Shown piece by piece: positions 62,353 to 64,000 of a stretch of DNA of 64,000 bases. The stretch lies in NCBI GenBank assembly GCA_021613535.1, contig CP075494.1, forward strand, positions 13,826,001 to 13,890,000, given 5' to 3'. Position 1 is the first letter of the stretch; every line of letters starts with the position of its first letter. The notes beneath the pieces were generated by a model, which saw only the letters and a list, made by a program, of their open reading frames with translations, made no database searches and was not told the origin of the DNA. The DNA comes from Adineta vaga (Eukaryota; Animalia; Rotifera). The translations under genes and the position numbers were made by a program.

Positions 62353-64000
62353 TTATTTTTTTCTTCGTCTTGATTTAGCAGAATTTGTAGTTAGTGTCGA
62401 ATTAGTAGTTACTGTTGTTGGACTATTTACAGTGACTTGACTTGATTCAAGTTCATCAACAGATAAATCGGTTATTTCTTTTAATTTTTGTTGTCCATCA
62501 ATGTAAAACATTAAATCACGTAATTGATCTTTTAGTTCATCGATTTCCTATAAGAATGGAAAGAAGATGATATCATTCTGATTGAAAAGGATAAAATATT
62601 CTCTTACTTGAGTTTTTGACTTCATCGTATTATCAAATTCATCTCTTAACTTTTGTACTTCTGTTTGAAAATAATTTTGATTTTGTCTTAATTGATCGTT
62701 CATTAGTTTTTCTTCATCGAAATTTTGTTGTATTCGAGTCATTTTTGTTGACGAACGTTTTTCTTGTTGTTGTTTTTCTTTTGTAATAGCATCAAGTGTA
62801 GTTTGAAGTTGTTGGGCATGATCTTTTAACAATTTATTCGATCTTTCAAGTTCTTCTAATCTTTCATGAGTAGAATCTTCAACAAATTGAAGTTTATCTT
62901 CGAAAAATCGTCGTTGGGATTCTAATTGACTTGTTAATAAATATGTATACTAAAAATTGAAAAGAATACATATAAAATTATCAAATATATTTCGTTTTGT
63001 TTACTTCAAGTTCCATAGAATCGATTTTTTCTTGAGTATTATCCGTTTTTGATGATGTACTTTCATGAAAATCATCCTAAGTTTTATATAAAATATATAT
63101 TTATATATGAAGACAACGAGAGAAAGAATCTCTTACAATATCATAATTAGTAACACCTTCACCACGTAATTCAACAAGTTTACCATCACTTTTATTTTGT
63201 ATCAATCGATGAACATAATTATCACCAACATAGTCCCAGACATGTTGTCGTTTTAAATCCATTGTATAAGTATGTTGTGTTAATTCAAAATGTCTAATCA
63301 AAACTCGAATTTTAGATGAATATTAGAAACGATCAAGACAACAATATACCCAAATGCATGACCTTGTTTAAATCGACTGCAACCAACATGACCACAAATC
63401 AAACATATCCAAAGATCCTTAAATAGATAATATTAGTAAATGTTAATAACAATCGTAGTTTGTCTTACTTCTTGTGAACCACATTCAAAACATGATTGAC
63501 CATCGATTGCTTCTGGTGTTTGCACATAACGACATACAGGACAACTAAAAACTTAAAATTCAATTCAATAAATTGATCGAGAAAGTTTACTTACCAACTA
63601 TCACCCCATTTAATTAGACAATCACCATGAAATGAATGATTACAAAGAATTGTCAATACTCCAGACAGACTTTCATCCTTAAAAGTAACAAGATTTTAAT
63701 TGAAGTAAATAAAATCAATGAGTAATTACCATTCGTTCTAAACAGATATAGCATGGTGGTAATTCAGTAAGGCCAGGTATTGGACATGATCCTTCCTATA
63801 TGAACATATGAGAAGAAAAAGAAGGAAGGAAATGAATTAATTACTTTTGCTGTACTTGTAATATCAACTCTTGCAACAAATGCTAAATGACAAACACCTT
63901 TTTCAATAGAATTAAATTGACGATTATTATAATAATCGTAGAATTCATCTGCTTCTTTCTTTAAAACAAAATAAAAAGGTAATCTTTTTCTTTTAATCTA
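62353..64000 (-). CDS. BRAP: BRCA1-associated protein (RING-H2 + ZnF-UBP + coiled coil), 5' part outside the window
   Basis: [30 protein letters not shown]|DE...[68 protein letters not shown]. Confidence 0.93.

Overview
AT-rich (roughly 70% by eye), gene-dense eukaryotic DNA with many ~50-65 nt GT-AG introns. Intron size, composition, intron-bearing genes of apparently non-metazoan type and a lineage-typical Cys-rich membrane protein suggest a bdelloid rotifer (inference). I reconstructed about 28 spliced genes by hand: two RFC1 paralogs, two LAMTOR5 paralogs, NDUFB7, a PLEKHB2-like gene, ETFA, Xaa-Pro aminopeptidase, STUB1/CHIP, Orai, PGAP4, a USP-like pseudoenzyme, a GPCR, PYROXD2, a POMGNT1-like gene, a Cys-less pLGIC, SLC35A, SMG5, two TMEM272-like genes, Pax6, a lectin-inserted glycoside hydrolase, NAE1, PAXX, a bacterial-type PARG, a PRLamide neuropeptide precursor and a partial BRAP. 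There is also a decayed Penelope-like RT relic. Top leads: (1) a tightly packed co-directional PARG-PAXX-NAE1 trio that looks like a trans-spliced DNA-break-repair operon; (2) mutually exclusive 127-nt exons in the glycan-binding ILEI domain of the POMGNT1-like gene; (3) a clan-A glycosidase with a plant-type galactose lectin inserted in its barrel; (4) a CHIP U-box carrying one complete RING zinc site; (5) a divergent second RFC1. All assignments come from motif recognition without database searches, and exon edges are hand-derived.
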